Below the pieces are notes generated by a model. It worked only from the letters and a program-made list of their open reading frames with translations. It was not told where the DNA came from and did no database searches. From Botryllus schlosseri (taxonomy: Eukaryota), in NCBI GenBank assembly GCA_051294905.1, contig CM119371.1, positions 11,284,001 to 11,348,000 on the forward strand: a stretch of DNA of 64,000 nt, given 5' to 3'. Below are positions 51,636 through 62,945 of this stretch, piece by piece. Made by a program: the position numbers and the translations under genes. Each line of letters begins with the position of its first letter. The stretch's first letter is position 1.

Positions 51636-52535
51636 CGGGGTTGGGATGACTCGAGTCATGACTTGACTCGAGTCAGACTCGAGTCGTGGATTGACTAGTG
51701 ACTCGGAGCAGAGTTTACGACTCAATTTCAAGTCATCAAGTAATCGGCGTCGATAAAAATCTTGCATACCTTGCATATGGTCGGATTGCTCTCGAAACGC
51801 TCGTGCAATCCGTGAGAGCGACTAATCATTTAATGATCGTGCGTTTCACTGTGCCTTCATTGTTCATTCACAAATAAATTGACCGCAAACGAAGTGATCG
51901 AAGCTTATACCTTACGATGTTGTAAACTAGTATAGTAAAGTAATTTTATAGAGAAATGTATATTTCTGTTTTCTGTTCTTACCTCAAACAAACCTCTTGT
52001 TTTATTAAAATTGAATTCGAATATCGTTTATATAGTCATCAACCACTGGCGTAGGCTCGTATTGTATCTATCAATTTGTAAATGGGTTCATATACTGCAT
52101 CTTATCAATTCGTTTCTCTATTCTCTATTTTGGCTGGTAACTGTAAACTGAGGCTATGCAATTACTTACGTAGTTTAGCAGTTCTACGTATATGTGAGCG
52201 ATACATCGCCTTCTTGCGTGTATATTTAACTTATATTCGTTCATTGGTTCAGAATCAATGACCACTCAATCTGTATTTCAGACAGCTAGCAAAATGCAAT
52301 GACGTAATCATGCCTCATACTTCGAAAAGACAACTTGACTTGAATTGTGAATTGACTCGTGACTTGATTTGACTTGACTTGGATCGACTTGACTCGGGTC
52401 ACCTCCAAAAATCGAGTGACTTGACTTGACTCGAGTCACCCTCGAAAATCGATTGACTTGACTTGACTCGAGTCAAAATGTACAATGTCTCGAAATGACT
52501 TGTGACTCGACGGTAGTGACTTGATCCCAACACTG
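51636..52535. mobile_element. hAT element with GACTCGAGTC/GACTT arrays; inverted copy of 56157-57069
   Basis: Ends CGGGGTTGGGA / TCCCAACACTG; TSD GTGATCGG/GTGATCGT (7/8); not present in the gene B paralogous block. Confidence 0.85.
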
Positions 52536-53229
52536 GTGATCGTTGGCACGAACTGCCCAAAATCGTCCCACTTTTAGCACACCTGAACTAGATTTCCAAA
52601 CTTCAGGTAGATTTGTGCGAAAACTTACGATTTCTAATAGCATTTAAACACACTTCGAGGTAGAAATCAGCCAAAAGCAATACACATTAAAAGGAATAAT
52701 CGAGATTAACCCTGAAAATTGCGAAATTCCCCCAAATGGAAAATTTCACCCCTTTGGGAACCAGTGCCCTATAGGCGACGACCAAATGCATACCATAAAT
52801 TATTCTATCATCGTATACCACAGATCGCCTATAGCTTCACCGATAAACGGCCAGTCAACTGCTTTTGCACGAAAGGATAATGTCAGTAGTAGTCCACTTT
52901 CAAGTAACTCATGTCATTTTTACTGAGTCAACTGCGGAAATGCTAGGAGTTGTAAAATTCTGCTGATGAAGTCTAGCACTTCCGATTAAAACTGACATCA
53001 ACGATTACTAAGCGACGCTGATCTATGCAAAGTTATCTACACTTCGAAGCACTTCACTCGATAAGGAAGTGGCATTGGCAACGGAACTAACCAGCCATAA
53101 ATGAGTCAATGGCATATCTTATATGCAGCCACGATCTCATATATCATATTCAATGTAAAAAAAATGCAATTTCGTTGATAACACATAACAAATACATTTC
53201 GTCAGATTATATTTTTATCGGCACAAGAC

Positions 53230-53568
53230 ACACACACAATGTACAATGCGATATACAAGTCAGACAATGCGATGTAATGAACAGATATGGGAATGCCGAA
53301 CGCGTTGGGTTATGTTAAACTGGCATCCATCTCGACCTATAGCTCGATGTCAGTCTTTTTCGATGCTAATCTTTCTTTGTTGGTCCTTTTTAGAAGCTAT
53401 TACTTGCTATTTCTTTTCTTTATCGGATCATTTTTCTGGGCTTTTATGTCGCCGTTCGAACATCGTCACGGCGGACTAGGAGCCGCGAATAACCTCCGAC
53501 AGCTGGTCTTCAACCCGGGTCGCCGGCAAAGATGGCGGCGCTGCTCACCACCACGCTATCTCCGGCGA
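53230..53568 (-). mobile_element. tRNA-derived SINE, family 2-like
   Basis: Minus strand: GGAGATAGCGTGGTGG A box, degenerate B box GGGTTGAAGACC, TGTCGGAGGTT..GGCTCCT shared with 13993-14330; 3' boundary approximate. Confidence 0.55.
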
Positions 53569-54551
53569 CTCTTAATTCGATTAGAATCTTTTGGCAGCCG
53601 TCAATATACAAATTGAAAATACGAATTGACTCCCAGATTAATAAAAAGTTTGAATTATCCTTAAAATTTTCTTCGCGCTTGGCGCGGTTCAATTCGAGTT
53701 GATTTTCGATACTAATAAAATAGTGTCCTTGTAATCTGAGCCCCCCAGTACAGATGGAAACAGCAGAAATGATGTGCCCCATAAAGAAATACCACATTGT
53801 AATCCAGCTCTTCTCATCATGGAAGACATTCTTCATGGTACGCCTAGGTTTAGGCGATTCCAATATATTTCCAGTACCGACAGTCCTGATGGGACGTCAA
53901 GAAATAACAGCACGCAACAAAGAGGACTGATAATAATTGGTACACCGAAGATGCAGCACAGAATTACTAACTTCCCTAAATTTTCGAAGACACCCCCTGC
54001 ATCAACTCTACCGATGAATCTGACCACATGGGCTTAGTAAGGATGAATATTTTTGAATCATTGGATGTATCACGGCATCGTACCTTTGCTTGCTTGAGGC
54101 ATCAATTTACCAATTCTGTACTTATGAAAAGAGGAATATGACATACTGTAGCTTTTGACGAGGCATTGTTTCAGGAACACGTACCTAGACATGACTAGAT
54201 ATTGACGATCTCGAAGCATATTAGCAAACATCCGCAAACAGAATACCTTCGCCGTAGTTCGTTCCTTGCAGACGAGTTCAGTATAGCATATGTAATTTTT
54301 TTTCTGCTAAATTAACGGTGTTGATCTTGAACGGGTTACTATTCGAGTACGTACGACCTGAAGGAAATATCAGACAAAGACATTCGCTGATTCTAGCGTC
54401 AGTGTCAATGTGTATTTTCACTTTTCCATTTCTGCTTATACTTTTGCGAGAACGCTGAATGTTTAATATGCTTTAAGATTTGTATTGCCGTCATGGCTCT
54501 ACATATACTGGACAACAATTATCTTCAATTCTTTGTTATTGTACTTATTAC

Positions 54552-54600
54552 CAATTTCTACAAGTGCCACCACAATCAATACTAACAATACTATTGCGTA
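54552..54600 (-). pseudogene. Gene C signal-peptide exon homologue lacking an in-frame ATG (..YAIVLLVLIVVALVEI-G)
   Basis: Clear homology to 40983-41028 with G|gtaata donor; the position of the B ATG reads ATA or GCA depending on alignment; a SINE tail abuts at ~54605. Confidence 0.6.
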
Positions 54601-54604
54601 AATT

Positions 54605-55545
54605 AAGCGATTTGTTGTTTGTTTGTGGTGTTGATAGTGCTTGTCGACAACCGGGTAATTTTCTTTTTGATTTTTATTCAGTATTTACCTACTTGTAGCA
54701 CGGCCCACTTCAGGGCTTTTATAATACACCGCTTACACGAATGAGATGGCGAGGAGTAGCCTAGATCAGTGGTTCTCAACCACCGGTTCACGATCCGGTA
54801 CATGTCTATGACAAGTTTCCAGCCGGTCCGCTAAGAATATTATAACTTTATATCCCAATTCCAACTAGCTAGAAGTTAAACGAATGTCCATTGTCCAATT
54901 AGAGAAATGAAACATCAAATTTTACTTTTTCATCGTATTTTTCGTCTTGGTGTCGTAACTAAGTTCATGGTCTAGTTCGGGAGTAGATACAATCGTGCAA
55001 TTGTTGTACGAAACTATTTAAAAGTAGCCTACAATTAGTTTCCAACGAGTTATATGGGTAATCTACAGAGATTGGTAAACGGACTTCGTTGAATTCAGAC
55101 AGTGCAATTAGGCGACAGTGGGCAGTATAATAAAGACTATAGCAAACAGAAAATTTGCATTTCTTTCAAAGGACACCGAACAATCACAATCAAGTTAGTA
55201 GTTTCAAACAGGACTTTGCGTGGTTCGCCTTACAGAAACTTCAGTAGACCACGTGAGGGTAGACTATCTAACACCAGAAAGACAGCCTTAAATGAAGTTT
55301 TCAATATGCATTTGAGTTGCATACATCTGCCGCAGGTAAATTTGGGGTAAAATTGGGGTTTTAAAGGTTCACCGGTCCGCAAAATTTATTTTGAAGTTTT
55401 ACCGGTCCGCGAGGTCAAATAGGTTGAGAACCACTGGCCTAGATATACTTAAGTAAGAATTCTGGAGTCGACCTCGGCCGGACTCGAACCCGCAAGCCAC
55501 TGGTGTTGGTTGCAGCTGTGGATTATACCACTACGCTATCTCACC
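54605..55545 (-). mobile_element. tRNA-derived SINE family 1, full length, with nested hAT MITE
   Basis: GGTGAGATAGCGTAGTGG A box, GGGTTCGAGTCC B box (55480-55491), (AAAC)n tail. Confidence 0.85.
54767..55436. mobile_element. hAT MITE nested in the SINE
   Basis: TIR CAGTGGTTCTCAACC / GGTTGAGAACCACTG; perfect TSD GCCTAGAT. Confidence 0.92.
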
Positions 55546-55569
55546 AAGGTAAAACTTGGGCACTATATA

Positions 55570-55830
55570 ACCTACTTTATATCAATTTCTGTGACTCCAG
55601 CGGTTTGTGTAGATTTCCATTGGCCTGGCATACTTATTATGTCTGATGATGTAAATATATCCGCCGTGTCCGTAAAGCTGGTTATAGCAGCAGTAGTCGT
55701 GGGCTTGCTACATGTCAAAGTAGAAAATAACACGCGACCACATCACTGCGATTGTTAGGTTTAATGCCGCAATGTGATATATAAGTATTTGTTTCCACCC
55801 AGAGTGAACCTTATCTATTGGTGGTTTGGA
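55570..55830 (-). pseudogene. Orphan mucin-exon-like segment (KPTTTAAITSFTDTADIFTSSDIISMPGQWKSTQTAGVTEIDIK*) with homologous intron flank
   Basis: Flank CATCACTGCGATTGTTA..GAACCTT..TGG..TTGG..GATC matches 45175-45280 and 47015-47115; acceptor phase and stop are incompatible with the family phase 1-1 rule. Confidence 0.5.
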
Positions 55831-56156
55831 TTGATCAGCCAACATCGATAAAATATATCCCGATCGAGTTGGAATTGCAATACGGGAGTCCACCTGTAAT
55901 TTAAACTTGAATTCTTCTTCGCTATATATATTTTAAAGATTTCATCATACCAATGCAAAGCAATGTGTGAGCATAACAACTATCGTAGTTGCAATGGCCT
56001 ACTTGCGATATAAATACGATAAAACTACTTCACGTGGTAGTAGACAATGAAAGGTTTGAGAAGTACTGTCGTATAGGCTATATAGTTTTCAAAAGTATGG
56101 TGGGTCGCGGCCTAATTATGTCCTCCGAAAACATATAAGTAATTGTCAGTGAACAC

Positions 56157-57069
56157 CAGTGTTGGGATCAAGTCACTACCTTCGAGTCACGAGTCATTCC
56201 GAGTCATTGCACATTTTGACTCGAGTCAAGTCAAGTCAATCGATTTTCAAATGTGACTCGAGTCAAGTCAAGTCACTCGATTTTTGAAGGTGACTCGAGT
56301 CAAGTCGAGTCAAGTCAAGTCAAGTCACGAGTCAAGTCACAATTCAAGTCAAGTTGCCTTTTCGAAGTATGAGGCATGATAACGTCATTGCATTTTGCAA
56401 GCTGTCTGAAATACAGATTGAGTGGTCATTGATTTTGAACCGACAAACGAATATAGAGTTAAATATACACGTAAGAAGGCGCTGTATCGCTCACATATAG
56501 GCCTACGCAGAACTGCTAAACCTCAGTTTATAGTTACCAGCCAAGATAGAGAATAGAAACGAATTGATAAGATGCAATACATTACACATTTACTAATTGA
56601 TATGATACAATTCGAGCCTTCGCCGATTGTTGAGAACTATATAAACTATATTCGAATTCAGTTTCAATAAAACAAGAGGTTTGGTTAAGGTAAAAACATA
56701 GAACAGAAATTTCTTTACTATACTAGTTTACGACATCGTAAGCTGTAAGCTTCGATGACTTCGTTTTGCGGTCAATTTATATGTGAGAGAACAATGGAGG
56801 CTCAGTAAAACGCACATTCAATAAATGATTGGTCGCTCAGACTGATTACACCAGCGTTTCGCGAACAATCCGAACATATGCAAGATTCGGTGATTTTGAT
56901 CGACACCGATTACTTGATGACTTGAAATTGACTCGTGAATTTTGCTCCGAGTCACGAGTCAATCCACATTTCTGATAGGCCGAGTCAAGTCAAGTCAAGT
57001 CATTTCAGCAAAGTGACTCGAGTCAAGTCAAGTCATACGAAATAGGTGACTCGAGTCATCCCAACACTG
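56157..57069. mobile_element. hAT element with GACTCGAGTC/AAGTC arrays
   Basis: TIR CAGTGTTGGGAT / ATCCCAACACTG; perfect TSD GTGAACAC. Confidence 0.92.
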
Positions 57070-58450
57070 GTGAACACTGCTGGCAAAGCCCTGGGTCGAC
57101 GGACACGCCAATATGATATTTAGTGGGACCAATGCCTCAGGTGATAAGGTCCAGCAGCTGATCTCTTCATGTGTAACTTCACACACCTCTTACCGAATTA
57201 AAAACTACGTATTCGGATTGGCAGATTGACCTCGACACATACAGAACTGAGTTGTACTCAGTGTTTCATCATGGAACATCATCGCCCACCCATTTTATTT
57301 TTATAATATGTAGTATTTTCTCATTGCATGTACAATGTGCATTGTGCATGCTTCTCTTAAAACGCTTTTCTTCTAATAGATTTTGAGATCAGAGTGGGAG
57401 ATTGATGGATTGACTTCACTTGTAGTTGTTTGGACTCCTACCTATCTTTTCCTTATATCGCAATCTTTGCGGTCATTAGTCTGATGTAATTCATTAACTG
57501 AACTGAGCTGAATACGAAAAATGGTTTCAACAAGATTTTTCAACAAGCGAAAGCATACACGTTTATTCCTACCCTTTCCGTTGCAGACACAATTTAGAAA
57601 AGATAGGTCAAAATCAAGCACGACAAAGTTCTCTTGTTGTCCAACTCTGCTTGGAACTGACTGTTCCGATTGGAAACCCAAATTACAAATATAGCCATCC
57701 ACTATACCGATTGTTATTCACCAGGAAGGCGCAGCTGATAAAATGTAGGCCTTTAGCGCAACGTTATATTAACTTCGATGAATTAAATAACTGAGAAAAA
57801 AATTCCATCAAATTCAGTTAACAGTGATTTCCGTCGCCGAAGTTACTATCACAGTTTGGACGAGCTGATTGAACTATGCGTGAATGCAAGCAGAAAAATT
57901 GAGGTATGGCTGCCATCGCGTTAATTGCACGGATTCCTTGTAAAGCCAACTAACTGTAAAAAACGGGCTACTGAAGTAGTAAATTCAAAATTTGGCTATT
58001 GTTTACAATTGGTTGGTTGGTTTTACCATACCTAAACTGACGTGAGCTTGATATGGTAACCTTTTTCTCCTATCTTATTAATCGGCTTCTGAAATTTTGG
58101 TGGTACGCGCAATCTCTTGGGGATGAGCGCAAATTCTTGTGGATGAGGGAAATGTAAACATGGCAATGTGAGTCATGGTTACATTTATTGCCTTTAGAAA
58201 CAACATATTGGTTATACGGGTTGCATTTAAAACGAAAGGTGTTTTGAAACACTTTGTTTAAAACATGTTATAAACAGTGTTTAAAATAATTGTGTTTTTT
58301 TTTCAAACGTTGTATAACTATTCAATAATGGTGTAAGTAATTTAGAATTAACATGTACTGTGAGCCTACGACTGAATTGCAATCAAGTCGACGTATGAGA
58401 TGTGGGATGGCTGCAACTATCAAAATCGTCGTCGGGTTAGAGTTGTAGAT

Positions 58451-58822
58451 TAGGCTTACCATACGTCCTCTTTTAAGAGGATTTGTCCTCTTTTTTGACT
58501 TTTTTGAAAGTGTCCACGGAGGACGCCCTTTTGTCCTCTTTTTTGAGATTTTGTCCTCTTTTTGAAAATTTAGGCAGATTTAGAGCAAATTGCGAGTGAT
58601 ATGCCGCATATTAGCACAGAAGTGAAGCTCCGGCGGGTATTTCGGAGTGAAAAACGGTGATTTTAGCTCTGAGCGAAAAGATGACTTTTTTTTTTTTTTT
58701 TAGTCAACCGATCACAAAGTGGGAAAAATTAACCGGTTTTTGAGAATTTTACTCCGGCTTTGCAAGTTGCAAATTTCTGAAAAAGTGTCCTCTTTTTTGA
58801 TTTCCAAAATATGGTAAGCCTA
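58451..58822. mobile_element. hAT MITE (TAGGCTTACC family)
   Basis: TIR TAGGCTTACCATA / TATGGTAAGCCTA; near-identical to 18822-19180; no TSD match. Confidence 0.88.
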
Positions 58823-60597
58823 ATATATCCTATGCCAATTTCCATTTGGGAATGTCTATTATTTAACTGTTGATGTGATCTTGGATATTATTGAGATGGA
58901 ATTCGAAATATTTAGGTAAAATCACGATCAATTCATCAATGTACGCGGGGAAAACCAGCACGAGTAATCCATAAAATTCGGAGTAGTCCTACTTTGTTTT
59001 TGATCGCAATTGTACATTAATTATATAGTCCTACTTGAATACTGGAAACCAGCACTTACCATTATCGCCCATTTCTTTGCTTCCGAACAACTAAAACGTC
59101 ATTCTCTACGTTTTGAGTTCGCTAATTTATGTTATCATGGTTCATTAAAACAAAAGTAGGTATAATGTATGATTCTTGTGCATAACAAATCGCCTCATCG
59201 TGATGACTACAGTAAAAGTTATCAATAAATTTATATTACCTTCATCGTATTGAAGAAGTAATATAGGCTAATAGCTATTGTATGAAGTAATGTAATGGCA
59301 GGACCGCATAATCGAGTTTAAATCTTACGGTTGCCAACCATACGATTGACAGCTGTCTTATCAAACCGTCATTGCACAGCATTTTAGCGATGATTGTGAG
59401 GACTGTTAATGTGGAATACGAAAGTTGGATTTGAAAACTGTGTCTGGCCTTCAAAAAGATCTCAGGTGAAATGCCTTTGTCTAGACCAGGGGTCACCAAC
59501 CCGGTGCCCGCGGGCCCCAGGTAGCCCGCGAGAACTAGATGAGTAGCCCGCGAGCCCGTTCTCAAAATAGGTGGAATAGCAGCATTTCCAATATTCGTCA
59601 GATTATTACCAGTGAGCTTTTGAATATATAGATTTATTGATTCAGCTATTCTTGTTTAAAATACACTAACATGTAACTTACATATATAAACACTTTAAAA
59701 ATATCCTCAATTACAATTAGTAATAGATGGATGTGGTAGAATCACCAAAAATTGAAGATACGGCGCATTACCTATACAGGCGACATGACGGAATGCCATT
59801 CACGGTCTTCTTGAAATGGCGTGGGTTCCGTTATGATAGCTCGACGTCCAGGACAATGCCGAAGTAGTAAACAATATTACTATTCGGAGTTAGATGGCCG
59901 TGAAGTACTAGCAGATTTTGAATATCTGTATACCCATTACGTATTGCATCTTTTGACACAGCTTGTTTCTGTTACACTCAACACAGTTTAATATACCATG
60001 TTTCTAACTTTATGTAATCGATGCTGCTGTCCGGTATAATGAAATCTTGTCATTTCTGGATGCTGAACAGTTGGAGATTGAATTTGTAACACTGCAAAAT
60101 GACCCCCACCTCAGTCTGGAGGCAGCAAACTTTTGATATGTAAAATTACAGAGGTGTATGCGCATTTCGCAGCAGCTATGAAGGTTGCAAGGATCTTTGG
60201 TTCAACTAATCGTTGTGAACCAGCCTTTTCGGACATGAACTTCATCAAAAACAAACACAAAACACGCTTTAAATGCAAGTAACGTCGTCTACGAATTTAA
60301 GTGCCACTGTGATAGTGGGTATGTCGGACGTAGCCTACATCACAAAGATTGTTTGAACGGATAACGCAACACATTCCCAAATTGATTCGCTCAAAAACTT
60401 GCGCAAATGACCGTACAGAGTTCGCACGACAATGTAAATCAGCCGCCAAAACCGACTGTTACGACGATTACCAAGGATACGCTTCGGCAATTGGCCAACA
60501 TTTATGTGAGAACCCTTCTTGTGCTCAAAACTATAATGACCAAATGTTTACTGTCATTGCGCGAGGCAGATCCTTGTTTCATTTGAAAGCCCTAGAA

Positions 60598-61835
60598 CAG
60601 GGGTTCTCAGCCCTTTCTCGGCCGTGGCCCATTTTCCGATTTAAAAATGTGCTGTGGCCCACTTGGTAAGTTAAAGTCATAATCCTATATCATGCGTGGT
60701 CATGGACAGCGCCGATATGCCTATTTCTCTAAAATATGCGCATTATTCTCTAATCTCGATCATTAATCTCGATCTCACGGGATATGAAATCGCGCGAAGC
60801 GCGAAAAAAATTTCAAGTTGAATAAATATCCTCCAACAAACGACCAACGATATAATCTTGGGCCCCTTCGAGCTCCCCCAGTTAGAAGTGTGGGTGCGGC
60901 AGTTACAGCCCTGGTAGATCCTAAGCTAAAACTCCAAAGTAGATTATATTCGGCCACTGCTCCATTCGCGTCGCGAAACACAATGATCAGATCCCCGCAC
61001 TGTGCGATTGGGACTTTAGTGATACTATTGTGGTGAATCTTATAATCATTCTGGGCCAGCATCGAACAATTTATTGGTGAATGGGGTACTACAGAGAAGT
61101 GGAGAATGATTTTTCAATATTCATGATGTAGGCTAGGCTACTTTGTATGTCTTGTACCAAAACAACTTAAGTTGCTATGTCAGAATATTCAATCCAATGA
61201 TACAATCAATTCCTGTGACTCTTTCATTATGTAGAATGATTTCCAGGCCGGACATTTTGAACCGACTTCAAAGATTAATGCGCTCCGATAAATCCTCAAT
61301 CCATTACGATTCGTTGCGGTGGTGCAGTATACCTCCGCCAGAAGTTGCAAATAATTTACAATTATGGCTATTTTTAGCTTGCAATAATACGGCCTGCCGA
61401 AGTACAGTATATATGTACATCAATTGCACTTTATTTTGAGTTCATTGCAAAACCCTTTCAACGGCTTACGACATATTACCCTGTCGGAATACTTGGTTCG
61501 TTCAGCATCATCTTCCAGTTATTATACGCTTGAAATTATTTTAGTTACTGTTAGCCGTAGGTTGTCATAGCCAGTAGAAAAAGCCACCGTTTCTCCCTAA
61601 CGTTTTCGATTTGTACATGCTGACTTCATACTTACCACTACGTCCAATAAGAGTCGGATGAAAAGCTTATGTAGCCTACGTATAATTCGATAATACGAAT
61701 CTATTTTTAGCGAATAACAAAAGAAATATAACTAAACTTACATTAATTCTGAAATTTTCTAAACAGCTCTGTGGCCCACCTCAAAATGCTCTGTGGCCCA
61801 CCAGTGGGCCATGGCCCACCCTTTGAGAACCCCTG
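60598..61835. mobile_element. Non-autonomous hAT nested in the PLE endonuclease
   Basis: CAGGGGTTCTCA / TGAGAACCCCTG; perfect TSD CCCTAGAA. Confidence 0.92.
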
Positions 61836-62111
61836 CCCTAGAATCAACAATCATCCAATTGACCAAGCCTATTTTATGTAGACAAAAAGATTTTCTGTAT
61901 AACTTACAAATTTCCCATTAGTGCGTTCTAATTCGTGTTTGTTATTGTTTGGTTTCAAAATGCTATATTACTAGTACCGTAATCTTCAAGTTTGTTATTG
62001 TTGCCATCGTTACATTGCGGACTTCATGGTATGTAATTTCTGATTGTTGCGTCATACTTCGCCTTTCTGGTTTTGCTTTTCATTCTGTTTGAATCCCTTC
62101 GGTGTGCCGTT

Positions 62112-62148
62112 AACTCTTGAAAAGAGGCACCCGAAAAGTCTTCGAGTT
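62112..62148 (+). ncRNA. Minimal type I hammerhead ribozyme (U3-A8 variant) in PLE pLTR
   Basis: AACUC-UUGAAAA-G(AGGCACC)C-GAA-AAGUCUU-C-GAGUU; differs from 16841-16877 only in the stem II loop; AATAAA follows. Confidence 0.7.
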
Positions 62149-62499
62149 GAATAAATATTTTACTATAATGGATGTTGTATTGAAATCTATCTTCAAGTTC
62201 TGTACCACAAACCAACTGTTCAAAACACGCTTAATTAATGCACATCTGGAACACTCACTCAGAATTGCAATGCCAAGTTAAATAGCAGAGTACAGCGCAC
62301 TAGTTGATATCATACAATGCCAGGCTTCCCACTGACTGCCGTAGAAACAGATAACATGATGTCCAGTGCTATGAATATCAAAACGGAAATACAGTGTGGT
62401 ACGGGTAAACGGTGGGAGTAAATAGTAGCCCGCCGCTTCAATCATTACGCAAAAGTAGCCCTCGGTTGCAAAAAGGTTGATGACCCCTAGTCTAGACTA

Positions 62500-62945
62500 T
62501 ACTGATCCTCATTAATATCATAAACGAAAACCGGTAAGCTACATGATTCGTAACATCTGCGAACGGTAGTAATAAGCGTTTAACAAAGCTCGACGCTCAA
62601 AGTGAAAGGCATATTGAACTGCATCTGCTTATATCTTCGGATGTATTTACCCTACAGAATGATGCAAAGCACGGATGTTGCTCCAAAGTCCAAAGTATAC
62701 ACACAAACACCCGTCAAGATAAGTGGGGCGTAATAGTTTATTTGCGAAACTGATAGAGAATGTTTTGACGATCAATCTATGACAAAGTTAACGCCAAAAT
62801 AATGATACGGAAGTATTACCTAATGTCGTAAACCTTTATTTAAATCTTGTTCATATATGCAGAAATGATCAATAAAGATATTTTGTCATACCTCTTTGAG
62901 ATGACAAACATTATTGCCATTACCTTCTTGAAGGCGCTCTTGGCA
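62500..62945. repeat. Paralogous copy of the gene C 3' UTR/downstream block (41430-41880)
   Basis: Shared ATTCGTAACATCTGC, CGCTCAAAGTGAAAG, CCTACAGAATGA, AAACCTTTATT, AAGATATTTTGTCATA. Confidence 0.85.

Larger units (their letters stand above)
60270..62220 (+). mobile_element. Penelope-like element 3' fragment: GIY-YIG domain plus pLTR
   Basis: NASNVVYEFKCHCDSGYVGRS..LFERITQHIPKLIRSK..IGQHLCENPSC..KALE|STIIQLTKPILCRQKDFLYNLQISH*; 12-bp duplication CAAAACACGCTT (60258-60269, 62221-62232). Confidence 0.9.
59487..62489 (+). mobile_element. Degenerate hAT-Charlie element hosting a Penelope insertion
   Basis: TIR CAGGGGTCACCAACC / GGTTGATGACCCCTA; perfect TSD GTCTAGAC; transposase C-terminus ARIFGSTNRCEPAFSDMNFIKNKHKTR|LINAHLEHSLRIA..QCQASH* split at 60270/62220. 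Confidence 0.92.

Noticed and set aside
53833-54027. Hydrophobic minus ORF resembling a signal or TM segment
   Set aside because: Frame not conserved in the gene B paralogous block, and no suitable splice sites
55445-55545. tRNA-like sequence with A and B boxes
   Set aside because: No complete cloverleaf, and it continues into a shared body and (AAAC)n tail; it is a SINE head, not a tRNA gene
57442-57793. Overlapping open frames on both strands, including YICNLGF on the minus strand
   Set aside because: No domain-consistent Cys spacing, start codon or splice context; cannot be distinguished from chance or an old TE remnant
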